NCBI GenBank assembly: GCA_022813965.1
Contig: JALDZS010000071.1
Coordinates: 1 to 64,000 of the forward strand
DNA from: Toensbergia leucococca
Taxonomy: Eukaryota
Length of the DNA stretch: 64,000 bases
Direction: 5' to 3'
The notes beneath the pieces are model-generated. The model saw only the letters and a list, made by a program, of their open reading frames with translations. It did not search any database and had not been told where the DNA came from. This document shows positions 50,792 to 62,172 of this stretch, one piece after another. How positions within the stretch are numbered: position 1 is the stretch's first letter; each line of letters begins with the position of its first letter. A program made the position numbers and the translations under genes.

Positions 50792-52297
50792 CTAAGTACT
50801 CATCCTAACAGTCGCTCTCTGCAACTCCCCCACCACACCGCCCCCACTAACCGCCCACTTCTCCCCCACAAACCCCTCACTGACCTTCCGCCTCAACATC
50901 CCACTCTTCGCCCAATACTCCATTAACCCCCTCGCCTCCTCGCGACTCACCCCCTCCAGCCGCTGCACCTCAATTCCCTCATTCACGCACCCGAGCACCC
51001 GATCATCGTACGTAGCAAACGGATTCCGCTTCAACGGTTCCCTAGGCGTGGGCGAAGAACGAGCTTCGAGGATGGACAGCGCGAGATCGAGAGAGGGGGA
51101 GGGAAGGCTATTGGAGCAAGATGTGGCGGCGAGGACGAGGCCGCCGTTGGGGAGCTGGGAGGAGCCGGAAAGGTGGGATGTGTACCAGTTTATGAGATGC
51201 AGATCGTGGGCGTGGATGGGGATGGATTTGGAGGAGAGGTAGTCGGAAAGACCCATGGTGCGGCCTAGGTTGTCGAGGGTCAGGAGGAGAGGGGGGCGGG
51301 GGTTGTCAGATGTGGAGGGAGCAGTGAGTTCGGTGAGGAGAGCGAGGAAGATGGAATGGGAGATTTCGGGTTCTGCGGCGCCGAGGAGAGCGAGGCGGGA
51401 GAGGGACATATTGGATTGGATTGGGTGGGAGAGGGAGGGATGCGGGCGGGATAGAATCAGCTCCGAGAGGATGGGGTTGGAGTGGGCGATGCGGGAGAGG
51501 AGGGCAGCCGTGTAGGTTTTTTGGGAGTAGAGGGTTGGTTGTGTGGAGGGAATGGGAGCGTATTCGGTGTGAGCGATTGTGAGGTCCATTGCTGGGGGAA
51601 GCGTAAGCTGAGGCATGATCTGGAGAGCATAAGGTGACTAGATACCTTCGGGGATGTTAATGACGATCCAGCCTTTGAGGAAGGCCATAGTCATAGCCTG
51701 GAGAAGCATCATGCTCTTGCCACTGCCTTGCTCGCCGACCAGGACCCTTCGAACCGTTCTGTCCCGGCCAGCTTCGCTCAAATCTTCAAACAGCTTTCCA
51801 TAATTCACCGTCTCCTTTCTGACCAGCATCCCGGGCCTCCGAAAAAGCCCCCAGCCTTGAGAGACCTTGAACGCTTCCGCCGCGCGTAATTGATCCACCA
51901 CCGGGCCCGGAATGCCTAGAACCTGGCCCCTTAGCCGCATATCAACCATCGACTCTACTCTAAGGTCTTGCATGTCCTTCACTTCAATGGCATTGGTGTT
52001 GCTTAGTACGATGCGTTTGCGAAGGGCCTTCCGCTCGCCTAGATCTGGAGGACGTCCCTTCTCGGTAATCTTCTTTGATTGCTTTCTGAAAGTCTGCTTC
52101 TCGCCTCTTTTAGGGGTTGTCTTTCCTGCCTTAGCAGTAGTAATTCTTTTATGTGCTGACGAATAAGAGGCGCTTGTCGTGAAGACAACTTTGGAGGGAA
52201 AAGAGGGTAGTCGAAGGCGTGTTTGGGGCGAGCGGAGAGGGATCAGGGCTTGATCTGAGGTCTGTGAGAGACATCGCCAGTATGGTTTGGTGGCCAT
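50792..52297 (-). CDS. RSM23: Mitochondrial small-subunit ribosomal protein mS29 (DAP3/Rsm23)
   Basis: Basic presequence; GERKALRKRIVLSNTNA, LRAAEAFKVSQGWGLFRRP, P-loop GEQGSGKS, EARGLMEYWAKSGML; one intron at ~51593-51646. Confidence 0.92.
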
Positions 52298-52505
52298 GAT
52301 TGTCACAAAATGGACAATGACAGATGATGACTGAGTATTGGAGCTTTAATGAAGGAGTCGAACGGCGATGTCGTCTTGATACAGCGCTGCTTTATTCTAC
52401 GTCAGTAAGAAAGTCTGACTAAAGCGGCATTGCAAAAAGTTCCCGCATCCCACATTTCTCTCTGGCGCACATCTAGAAGGACTTTTTCGCAGAACCATCT
52501 TCATC

Positions 52506-53222
52506 ATGACCACAGATGAAATAAATACCTCGGACGCCACAGCAAATGCGATTCCCATCCCGAACCCAACACCTATCAAACCAGAAAAACTGTCCGCTCT
52601 AACCCCCAAATCCAACCCTCGTCTCTCCCAAGCTAACATTCCCCTCCTCAGCCCCGTAACCGTCACAAAACCCATCCCCTACACTTTCGACCTAGGCAAC
52701 CTCCTCTGCAATGACTCCAATCCCCTACCCCCCAAACCAAGCGACGCCCACCTCTCAGCCACAGCCCGCGACTGCGCCCAAGCTCTGATAAATCAGCTCC
52801 TAACCACCTGCCCCATAACCTCACACCCGACCGATGGCGTCCTGATAACGCTCCCTCCCACAACAACGCCCTTACCCCGAGAAAAGCCCCTACCCGCAGA
52901 AAAGCAAGAGACAAAATGGGAAAAGTTTGCAAAGAAGAAGGGCATCAAGGATAAGAAGCGCGGGGAGGGGAAGATGGTGTACAAGGAGGAGACGGGAGAG
53001 TGGGTGCCGAAGTGGGGGTATAAAGGTAGGAATAAGGACGGGGAGGGGGAGTGGATAGTCGAGGTTGATGAGAAGAAAGAGAAGGAACTTTTGGGCAAGG
53101 GGGATGGAAGGGAGGTTAGGGGTGAGGGGAGGAGGGAGCGGGTAGATAAGGTGAGGAGGAATGAAAGAAAGCAGAGGGCCAATGAGAGGATCGGGAGAAA
53201 AAAGGCCGGAGCCGGTGGATGA
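52506..53222 (+). CDS. RRS1: Ribosome biogenesis regulatory protein Rrs1
   Basis: PYTFDLGNLL, ARDCAQALINQL, LPREKPLP, TKWEKFAKKKGI, WVPKWGYKG. Confidence 0.96.
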   Translation: MTTDEINTSDATANAIPIPNPTPIKPEKLSALTPKSNPRLSQANIPLLSPVTVTKPIPYTFDLGNLLCNDSNPLPPKPSDAHLSATARDCAQALINQLLTTCPITSHPTDGVLITLPPTTTPLPREKPLPAEKQETKWEKFAKKKGIKDKKRGEGKMVYKEETGEWVPKWGYKGRNKDGEGEWIVEVDEKKEKELLGKGDGREVRGEGRRERVDKVRRNERKQRANERIGRKKAGAGG

Positions 53223-54065
53223 AGGTGTTGCTCGAGTAGGAATTGCGTTATCGGCGCTTGGGCGAAACTTGTGGGTACATCTACCTTGAAGTTCCGGACT
53301 ATGGATCCGAGGATTCAAACAAAGCTCTGCAGAGGACATGCTACGAAGCCGGCATACCTTGAAAAAAGGAAAAGCTGCACAATCAGTAAATCAATCATTT
53401 GAGCATATCGGTCTTGCTTGCATACAGCAACATGAATCCAGTATTTTATCTGAGCTTCGCATCAATATATCATAAGCGTCGTCTATCGTACACATTTAAA
53501 TCTCCCCTGGTATCACAATTGCCACACTTTACTATCGTACCTTCGCCATGCTCGTCTCTTGACTTAACCTCATCGCCTCCTCGTCCAAACATGGAATTAG
53601 GATCCTAGCCAATACCGAACAAAAACAAGACTTTGCTTCGTCTGCAATAGAAGACCTCGACCTTTTAGGTCACTGGGGGTATACAAAGCATGCTTATCGC
53701 GTTCCAGGGAAGATGCTCGAGAAATTACCGATCGGTCCAATTTAGTAAGAGTGTGAAAAAAAAAAGTACATGTCCTGGTGCCTCGTAGGAAAATTAGGTT
53801 TGGAAAGTGGAAAAACGCGGGGAATTGCTTCGATGAAAAATTGCGGTTCAGACAACGAGTGTGCAGTTGATTTCGTTTCTCTAGGTACAAGCCATGGAAG
53901 AGTTATAGTGCTGATAAATAGCCTGTGGCCAAGTATGTCTGCAAGCAAAGCAAAATATAAGGCACTCTTGACTCTGCGGCCAGCGACAGATCGGGAGCTA
54001 GCAATATGGAGTTAAGCGATGTGGGTTGACAGCAGATATCGAAGCCTAGTAGGATCCTTTACTCT

Positions 54066-56160
54066 TCAAAGTGCTATAGGAGACATTGGTATAACAGGGG
54101 CTAATTCGGGCAGATGCGAATTGCTTTCAAGGCGAGCATTTGCATTCCCGTTTCTCGTAGGCGTAGCGAGGTGCTCATCGCTGGCTGCAGTCAGTGCTAG
54201 GGGTGGTGGTCTCGGCCTATCTTGCGTACGCCCAGTCATACCGGCCTTTGTGCTGTCCGAAGAAGGTACCGATCGTTCTTCTTCTACGGCCGTCGATCCA
54301 CTAGAACTACCACCTCCACGGGACGGAAAACCATCTAAAATGCGATACTCCTCTTCAAGTGCCTGCTTCTCGGTCCAACACCCTTGCCAACAGTTTCTCC
54401 AGTCGCAGACTAAGAATTGGAAGCAAAAAGTATCGACCTTGAGACATGGCTGGAAGCAAATACAGAGGTTGCTGTAATTCATTCGGTTTTTATCGACGTA
54501 GGCATGAAGTAGACTGAGATGGCAGGTAATTGCAAACAGGAGGTAATAGTTCCATGGTGGCAAACTGGAAAGCTCGTCCTTGAGCATTTGTGGTACTTCC
54601 TTCGCTCCGCTACATTGTTGAGCAATGCGATTCTGAATTGCTTTGGGGAAAATTTCGCAGGGCAGGTCGCGGAGCCACGCTTTGAACATTGAACCAATAA
54701 TGTTGATATCGTAAAGATCAGACTCGTTGAAAAGATTAATGTCTCCCTCTGGAGAATCGGTCAGCCACTAAGGCGATGAACAGGATGTGCATCACGTACC
54801 TCGATCGAACCGTCGTTGCCACTCCTTGATACGAGGTGCACTTCCAGAGACTCTATAGAGACCTTCTTCTTCACATCCTCTGAAATTCAGGTAGCTGAGA
54901 TGCATTAGCAAGTTGACGATATTTCCTGGGTTGACTACTTACTCGATGCATCTCCATGGCAGAGCGGGCATCCAGAATTCGGTCTTGTCCTTTGAGTCCT
55001 CTAACCTCTTGGCTATACGTGTAATTCGGGTTTGCTCAACAAGTGGCAGATTGATGATCGAGAAAACGTAGTTCTCATCTTCTACAACTTCTCGAGCATT
55101 GCTACTGCCGCTTCGACCGATCTTATTGAGAAAGTTCTTCCCCGCCTTTCCTATACCGTGGTCTTTGCCAAACAACCCTGATGTTGATGCGACAAGTTTA
55201 TGTGATTGATCCTTAACGACCCGACTACCTTGAGTGTTGCCGTGATCAGCATTTGTTCTAGGCTGACGATCCGCCGAGCGGTTGCGGTGGCTTGAATTCA
55301 TCATTTCTCGAAAAGGGTGGTCCTTCTCATTTTGCAAAGGGGCAGTTCTCAGTCCCGCTTCAACCGACTCATTGACAACGTTGACATCCTCTAATCCCTC
55401 AGTTCGGATGGGAGTCGATGGCTTTGATCCTCGTCCACCACCGTCTAAGCGGGTTGAGCCAGAGCGGCGCAGGAAGCCAAGTTTTGGTTTAATTTTCTTT
55501 CCGGGTGGGTTTGATGGGTGAGTTGGAAGCGAGCTATCAGACATTGCAGGAGCACCTACTGGTCTACGCGGAACGGCACGTTCTTGTTGGGTCGGTTCTA
55601 CAGAAAACAGGTTAGCATCGATAGACTTATCCCAATGTTTTCACAGTCAAGAAGAGATTACCATTTGTTAGAGCCACCGAGTTGGTCTCAAAAGTTGACA
55701 TGCTCAAATCAGGCGTAGAACCTGGGGCTTTTCGCATTGAGTAGATATTGTTTGCCTTGTGATCAGGTCTGCTTCGTGCAGCCTCTTCTGATACTTTTCT
55801 AATTGTAGGTTCACCTTGGTGGACGCGACTTGACGACTTGGAAGCTTTCAAATTGGAGAAGAATGATCTTGATTGTTCACGCCCTTGTTTAAGAGCACGT
55901 TTCGGCGAGGATGGAAATTGGGGTAACGATGTGAGAGTTGGTGATGTTGGTAGTACTTGGCTTGGCTGAGGGCCAGTATTGTAGTTCTTTACCAAGCCTG
56001 GTACATCATGCGCGTATGGAGTCCCAGAATGAGATGTGATGGCCTCATGTCTGGGGCTTCTAGGTGAGAGCGAAGCGGAAGACGCAGAGTCTGTAGATGA
56101 GCGAAAAGTATCTGATTTTATAATTGGTATAACCAGCGAGAGTGAAGCTGATTGAGCCAT
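54066..56160 (-). CDS. RhoGAP-domain protein
   Basis: DKTEFWMPALPWRCI, YLNFRGCEEEGLYRVSGS (arginine finger), IIGSMFKAWLRDLP, NRMNYSNLCICF; about 4 exons. Confidence 0.9.
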
Positions 56161-57539
56161 ATTTATGTTGCAGAATCGGTAGGGTACTTGGAGAATTCCA
56201 GAAGCAATTCTAGGCAGCGGCTTGAAACCTGCTGTCTCTTTTTATGGCGAGTCAAAGAATAGCTGTTAAGTTGTGTGCCACTTAATAACCTCGCCTACGG
56301 ACAATGTCAGTGCTCGTTGACATGCAGTAGTAGCAGCAGCGGAATTGAGTTCTGCAGCTAGTTCTAAATAGCATCAGACAAAGAGTGTGAACGTACGTAT
56401 GGTATCTGCTTTTGAAAGGAATGACCTTCCTGAAATCTCCTGCACCTTTTGGAACTTCATACAAAGCTAGAACCCCAAGACACAATGATAGCAGCAGAAG
56501 TAATATGTTGTGCACCCACAGATAGACCTAGGCTGAGACGCAAAGTTGTGCTCGTACCTTGCAGTAGATTATGCAGGGGAGACGATGTCATCTGAGGTAC
56601 TAATGACCACTGATCACGGAAGATCAAGCTTTGTAGGAAGAAGGTTCGCGAATGTCTGTAGAATGCGGTTATAAAATTGGCAAAGCTACGACAGCCTCCA
56701 TCAGATCAGCTTGGGTAATACAATTCAACTCCAGAGATACATCTCCAACGCCATTAAGGCCATGGTCTATCTTGTGGGGACTAGCGGAGGCCCGCATAGA
56801 GTAACATGCTGTATGAAATTGATGTGAAAGAGGAATGCATTCAGACTTACACCCCGATACTGATACGGATCTGCGTTTTCTGGCTGCAGTAAGAAGAGGT
56901 CGTAGAGGCCACGCAATTGGATTGTTGGATGGTGGATGGCTCGGATAGGTCAAGTCTGGGGGAAATCCGGCGAGGGTGCTGGAGAGGTTGATGAGGGTGG
57001 ATGGAGCAGAAAACCAAGCTTGGGGAATGTCAGACAGACGGCCAGCGTCAGCGATACATTCCTTATGCAGTGGAGTGACAGTTATTCGATGCTGACGAAG
57101 CAATGTTGGACAGTTTCGGCTCAAATGCTGGTTGAGGAAGAGGATGGCCGGCGGGAAAAAAGTTAGGTGTAGGTCGAGCGAGACTGGGCTGATTCGCGGA
57201 GAAAGGCTCTCACGCCTCCACAACGATGGTCCTCGTTTTGGTGGGGAGCTTGACTGGATATTCACGGAATGCACTTAGAAAACCCCTGACTTGTGTGTTT
57301 AGTGCCATCGTTCCGTCAGCTATTCGCCATTTAAACGTTGGTCCGAGCGTTTTACACTTTTCTATTGACCGAAGGCCCGCTGCAGGCAACAATGGGAGAA
57401 TGGCAATCTTGACACGTGTTTACTTCATTGTTCTCTTAGTAATGAGATCACTCCTACATATCGACGAGCGGAAGTCTACTCTTACCTACCTAATACTCTT
57501 GAATTGAGTAGGCTGTCACTAATAACAAAAGATTGAGTC

Positions 57540-58763
57540 ATGTCTCTTGTATCCGGCCCCGGCAGAGGTGGGGCACTTCCGGATGAACTTCTACTCTTTA
57601 CTGAGAAGCATGTTACCTACATCCAAAGCTTAGATACTGTGAATCCCACCCTTTTCATTTTATCGTTGAATCTTTGTGTGCTCATTTACTGATAGCGGAA
57701 AGACGAGCTCGAATACTGGCTGACCGAACATCTTCGCCTCAATGGCGTTTACTGGGGCCTTACCGCACTACACTTACTGGGCGCGCCACAAGCCTTGCCA
57801 CGAGCACAGACGATCGATTTCGTACTCTCTTGTCAGCATGCAAATGGTGGTTTTGGAGCTGCTCCTGGCCATGATGCCCATATGCTTTATACTGTCAGTG
57901 CCATTCAGATATTAGCTACTGTCGACGCACTGGATGAATTGAGTAAACGTACCGAAGGTGGAACGCAAAGAGTTGGAGAATGTCTGCTATTGCCAGTGCC
58001 TTGCCCGGTTACATAAGTAAGCAATACTGATCAAATCCACATAGTCATTGCCGCTCTACAAGACCGAGAGACTGGGTCATTCGCTGGCGATGAATGGGGC
58101 GAGATTGATTCACGTTTTCTCTATGGGGCTCTCAATGCTCTTTCCCTACTCCATCTTATTTCACTTATCGACTTAGATAAAGCCTTAGCGCACATACAGG
58201 CATGCTCCAATTTTGACGGCGGGTTTGGAGTCAGTCCTGGGGCCGAGTCACACGCAGGGCAAGTCTTTACTTGTGTCGGCGCCTTGGCTATCGCAGGTCG
58301 CTTGGATCTTGTGGATAGGGACCGACTTGGTGGATGGTTGAGCGAGCGGCAACTCGACAATGGTGGACTCAATGGCAGGCCAGAGAAACTGGAAGATGTA
58401 TGTTACAGCTGGTGGGTAGCGAGCAGTCTGGCTATGATTGATAGGCTACATTGGATTGATGGGGATAAGTTAACCAAGTTTATACTTAGATGTCAGGTGA
58501 GTCTACCTTCTAGCTATGAGGTTTGCATTCTGATATTCTGAAGGACCCTCAAATGGGTGGCATCGCTGACAGACCGGGAGATATGGTGGATGTATTCCAC
58601 ACCGTATTTGGCATTGCTGGTCTCAGTCTGTTGAATTATCCAGGCCTCAAGGCAGTAGATCCGATCTAGTATGTCCGGGTCGACTTTCAAGGCATCACCT
58701 GAAGCTAATATGTCTCATAGCTGCATGCCCCGGGAAGTCACGAATCGTTTGGTCAAGAAATGA
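57540..58763 (+). CDS. BET2: Rab geranylgeranyltransferase type II beta subunit
   Basis: [77 protein letters not shown]; four introns. Confidence 0.95.
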
Positions 58764-59529
58764 GTCTGTCTCTAGTGAGATATGCATCACTAAGCAGTTG
58801 TCGTAACCATAGAGTATTGCCGTTGGGTTTATTATTGGATACATCCCAACGAAGGAACCCTAAGAAATACCCTCAAAATACTTAATAGTCGCTGACATTA
58901 TGGATCTTGAAAATGTCGAAGCTTTGAGACTCGGTACAACTAAAGTATACATTTCTTTTATGTTGTAGATTCAGCTACTACCCAAGGCCCTATCCAAGCT
59001 TACCCTGTACGATTTTTTGGAGAGGAGGAACTAGTCATGTCTCTTGCCATCTAATACCCCACTTTAAATTGTACACTATTGATGATGGGATACAAGGCAT
59101 GAGAAGAATATATTCTTGTCGATCTACTTCAATGAGATCAAAGCCCTCTTTCTCGAGGGCAAGGCATAGACGTCAAGACACAAGCATACCGGAGCCGCAT
59201 TGCCCATTGATCACATTATCAAATTGATTTTTCAAAGTGAATTCGTAGTTTTCTATTCAAAAGCTGAATCTCTACAATGTCGTAGCACTCGCACCTTCCT
59301 TCATTCGACCATATCTTGGCGAGACCCAGACTAGGTAGATTTCTTCCATACCTGTCCAATCTCATGTTCACCCTCCTCTTGCCACTTCTTCCATCAGTCA
59401 TCTCGACGCCACTGTCTTACTAGTTGGGAAGAGCTCCGCGTTCCAATAGCAGTGGAGCAAGAAGCATCGCCCTAACGCTCAATAGTTGCTTCCGTGCTGC
59501 TTGTGCTTCTGTACAGAAACATCATTACA

Positions 59530-61482
59530 ATGGCATCGATACCTCTTAATTGCAACGTTTGCCCTAAGCGTCCAGAGTTCAGCGACTTATCTCATTTACT
59601 CACCCACGTCGCTTCCAAAGGTCACCTCTCCCATTATTTCAAGGTCCAGGTTCGTAGCCGTCAGGAAATAGCGGCTCGCGAACAATTGGATATCTATGAT
59701 CGTTGGTATGAGCAAAACCAACTCGAGAAGCTGCTATCGCAGCGAATGATGACCAAAGAATCCAAGGTTGCCAACAGTAGAAAGAGAGATGCTGGAAAGA
59801 TAATCTCAATCCCTCTTAAGTCGAGAACAGCTCGGGCCAGGCCGAACCAACATACTCTGATCAAAGAAGAGGATGTTCTCGATCCTCGACTCTCCCAAGA
59901 CCAATTTCAAACAAGAGACTGCCCTCTTACACGACAGTCTTCCTCGCCGCTTCTCGACCCTGCATCAAGACATCGAGCCTACGTACCGCTCATGCGCGAG
60001 TGGCCGAATCCAAGTCAACTTAGGCCACGACCCTCTCAAGAAGAAACGAGGCGGAATGGGATACCGATGTCCGTTGACTCAATTACCAGCGAAAGCAATA
60101 GCGAATATGACCATTTAGTCGAGCAATCTTCCCTGAAGTCGTCCTATCCTGAACCACCTAACGCCACACTCTTGCCACTATTGCCGGGGTCTAGCTCAAG
60201 ATCTTCTATTGCCAAGGAAGGGTTTGATGATGTCGATACCAGATGTGTGATAGACTTTGATGCTGCAGACATAGACGTACGAGAAGCAAATGACAAGAAT
60301 GGATCTATCAAGCTAAAGGGAGTTCATTGGCCGGGCATGTCCATATTCGATTCCGCAAGCCCAGAAGCTCAGCGAAAACGCAATCAGAAAAAGGATGGTT
60401 CAATTCTTCATCAAATGCAGAGCAATTCGACGTCGGTAGAGCCAATGGAACTGATCTTCACCCCAAACGGTAATCTGAAAAAAGAACGCAAGATCTCTGG
60501 CATGGTAGAGAGCAGTCCGATCCAAGAAGAAAGTCCAAAGCCAAAGCGCCGTCGTTCGAAGCTCAAACAGGCTGTCTTGTCTACTGTTAGTACTAATGTC
60601 CCTAGAAAGAGGTCACGAACAGGTAAATCTGCTGCGCAAGGACGGACACCGGAGGCTAAGGCCTTTGATCTTCCAAAGAAGGCACATGCTAAGCTATACT
60701 CGTCTTCCATCGCAGATACCAGAAGCGAGCACCGTGTGATTGTCCCTCAGAACGACGATGAGGTTGAATGGAACCTGATGCTTGGGGAGCTAGGTCAAAA
60801 AAAGAAGCGCGATATTGTCATTTACGATGATGACACAGAAGACGAGCGCCAGCAGTCGACACAATTACTCGACGATAACCAAAAGAAAAGGTGCTATCCA
60901 TTCCTCCAACAGCAGTCAAGTCATCAACGTACCCAATCACGCGGCCTAACTCTTCTCAGTCAAGGCTTACCCGCTCTCAACCCGCCATCCTTTCCTACTT
61001 CCACTTTGAGAGCAGTAGCAGCTCATCAATTCTATCCTCGGTCTACAGCATCCCATGAATCCAATAGGAACAACAAGGAAAACGTGGAGCCAGTATTGGA
61101 CCACTTGGGACGTATTGATGACGAAGCTGCACGTTTTGGTCCTGATAGAAGGACGCAACGTTACTTTTCCGCCCATGGGGCTAATCCACCACAGTTCTTT
61201 GATACAATGCCTCCTTATCTGGATTTTGGGGCTTTTGCAAGACCTGGATATTCCGGGACTTCTTCTAATCCGTTGAACGCTAATTGCCAACAGCGCTACA
61301 TGCGGAAGTATTCTCGAGATTCCATTTCATCACCACCAGGATCCAAAGTCACACTGAGCCCTTGCCGCAGGCCAAGAGAATCTACATTTTCTGGACATGG
61401 AGCCCGAGATGATGCGAGCCATAAGGCAGAAAAAGATATGCGTGCATTGTTTGGCAACGAAAGTGACGATTACACAGTCTGA
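59530..61482 (+). CDS. Conserved-looking hypothetical protein with an N-terminal C2H2-like zinc finger
   Basis: A 650-codon ORF with CNVC..FSDLSHLLTHVASKGH, an internal LKGVHWPGMSIFDSA..RKRNQKKD block and a basic NLS-like PKPKRRR. Confidence 0.8.
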   Translation: MASIPLNCNVCPKRPEFSDLSHLLTHVASKGHLSHYFKVQVRSRQEIAAREQLDIYDRWYEQNQLEKLLSQRMMTKESKVANSRKRDAGKIISIPLKSRTARARPNQHTLIKEEDVLDPRLSQDQFQTRDCPLTRQSSSPLLDPASRHRAYVPLMREWPNPSQLRPRPSQEETRRNGIPMSVDSITSESNSEYDHLVEQSSLKSSYPEPPNATLLPLLPGSSSRSSIAKEGFDDVDTRCVIDFDAADIDVREANDKNGSIKLKGVHWPGMSIFDSASPEAQRKRNQKKDGSILHQMQSNSTSVEPMELIFTPNGNLKKERKISGMVESSPIQEESPKPKRRRSKLKQAVLSTVSTNVPRKRSRTGKSAAQGRTPEAKAFDLPKKAHAKLYSSSIADTRSEHRVIVPQNDDEVEWNLMLGELGQKKKRDIVIYDDDTEDERQQSTQLLDDNQKKRCYPFLQQQSSHQRTQSRGLTLLSQGLPALNPPSFPTSTLRAVAAHQFYPRSTASHESNRNNKENVEPVLDHLGRIDDEAARFGPDRRTQRYFSAHGANPPQFFDTMPPYLDFGAFARPGYSGTSSNPLNANCQQRYMRKYSRDSISSPPGSKVTLSPCRRPRESTFSGHGARDDASHKAEKDMRALFGNESDDYTV

Positions 61483-62031
61483 TTTTTGGGATTGCGTGTC
61501 CCTGTGTTTGCGGACCGAGGATCTGCGTTCCCTGATATCCTAGTATGGTATTCTTAAGAGGCTACTCCACATGGAAAGGGCTACACATTGTTTTGCCGCT
61601 TGAGGCCGGTTCTTTGTGTTCGATAGACTTTCGGAGCCTACTTCTTTTCTTCCTTGCTGTGTCAAATATTTTCATGGCTCATGCTGGCGAAAAGCTTTGC
61701 ATAATATTCCTTCAATAGGACCTTGAGAAGTCTGGGGTCTTAGAAGCGCTCCTCGGCTGTATCCGCTTTGTGCAAAGTGTAAACAAGCTTGCATACGCAT
61801 TGAGTATCATTAGCTTGAGCAAGACCTCTCTTTAATTAGAAATCACGATCTGCATACAATAGCCGGAACTTCGAAACCGCACGATGAGAATAAAACGCTC
61901 TAAAGCGTATGAGTTTGAGAAGATTATGGCCTGAAATATTGTCAGGAGAGGAGGTAATGAGTCACGAGTCAATCGCGCCCCAGGCCGAGTGGGCCCTTAG
62001 TGACTTTTCTGGATTGAGCTTAGCGTAAAAT

Positions 62032-62037
62032 ACGCGT
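62032..62037. promoter_or_regulatory. MCB-like element (ACGCGT) upstream of MSH3
   Basis: Exact ACGCGT ~140 bp before the ATG at 62173 of a DNA-repair gene. Confidence 0.35.
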
Positions 62038-62172
62038 AATGTGCTCGTCAAACTTTTTATTTTACACGTGAGTTCAAATTCTGTCGATATTCTCCAAGCC
62101 AGACGTCAAATCTGGTGGGTTGCGAACAGAATGTCATGTGTTTAAATCTCAACCCGGCCCACTAACGTCACA

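Noticed and set aside
56669..57274. 201-aa minus-strand ORF upstream of the RhoGAP gene
   Set aside because: No recognisable motifs; more likely 5' UTR or promoter sequence between divergent genes.
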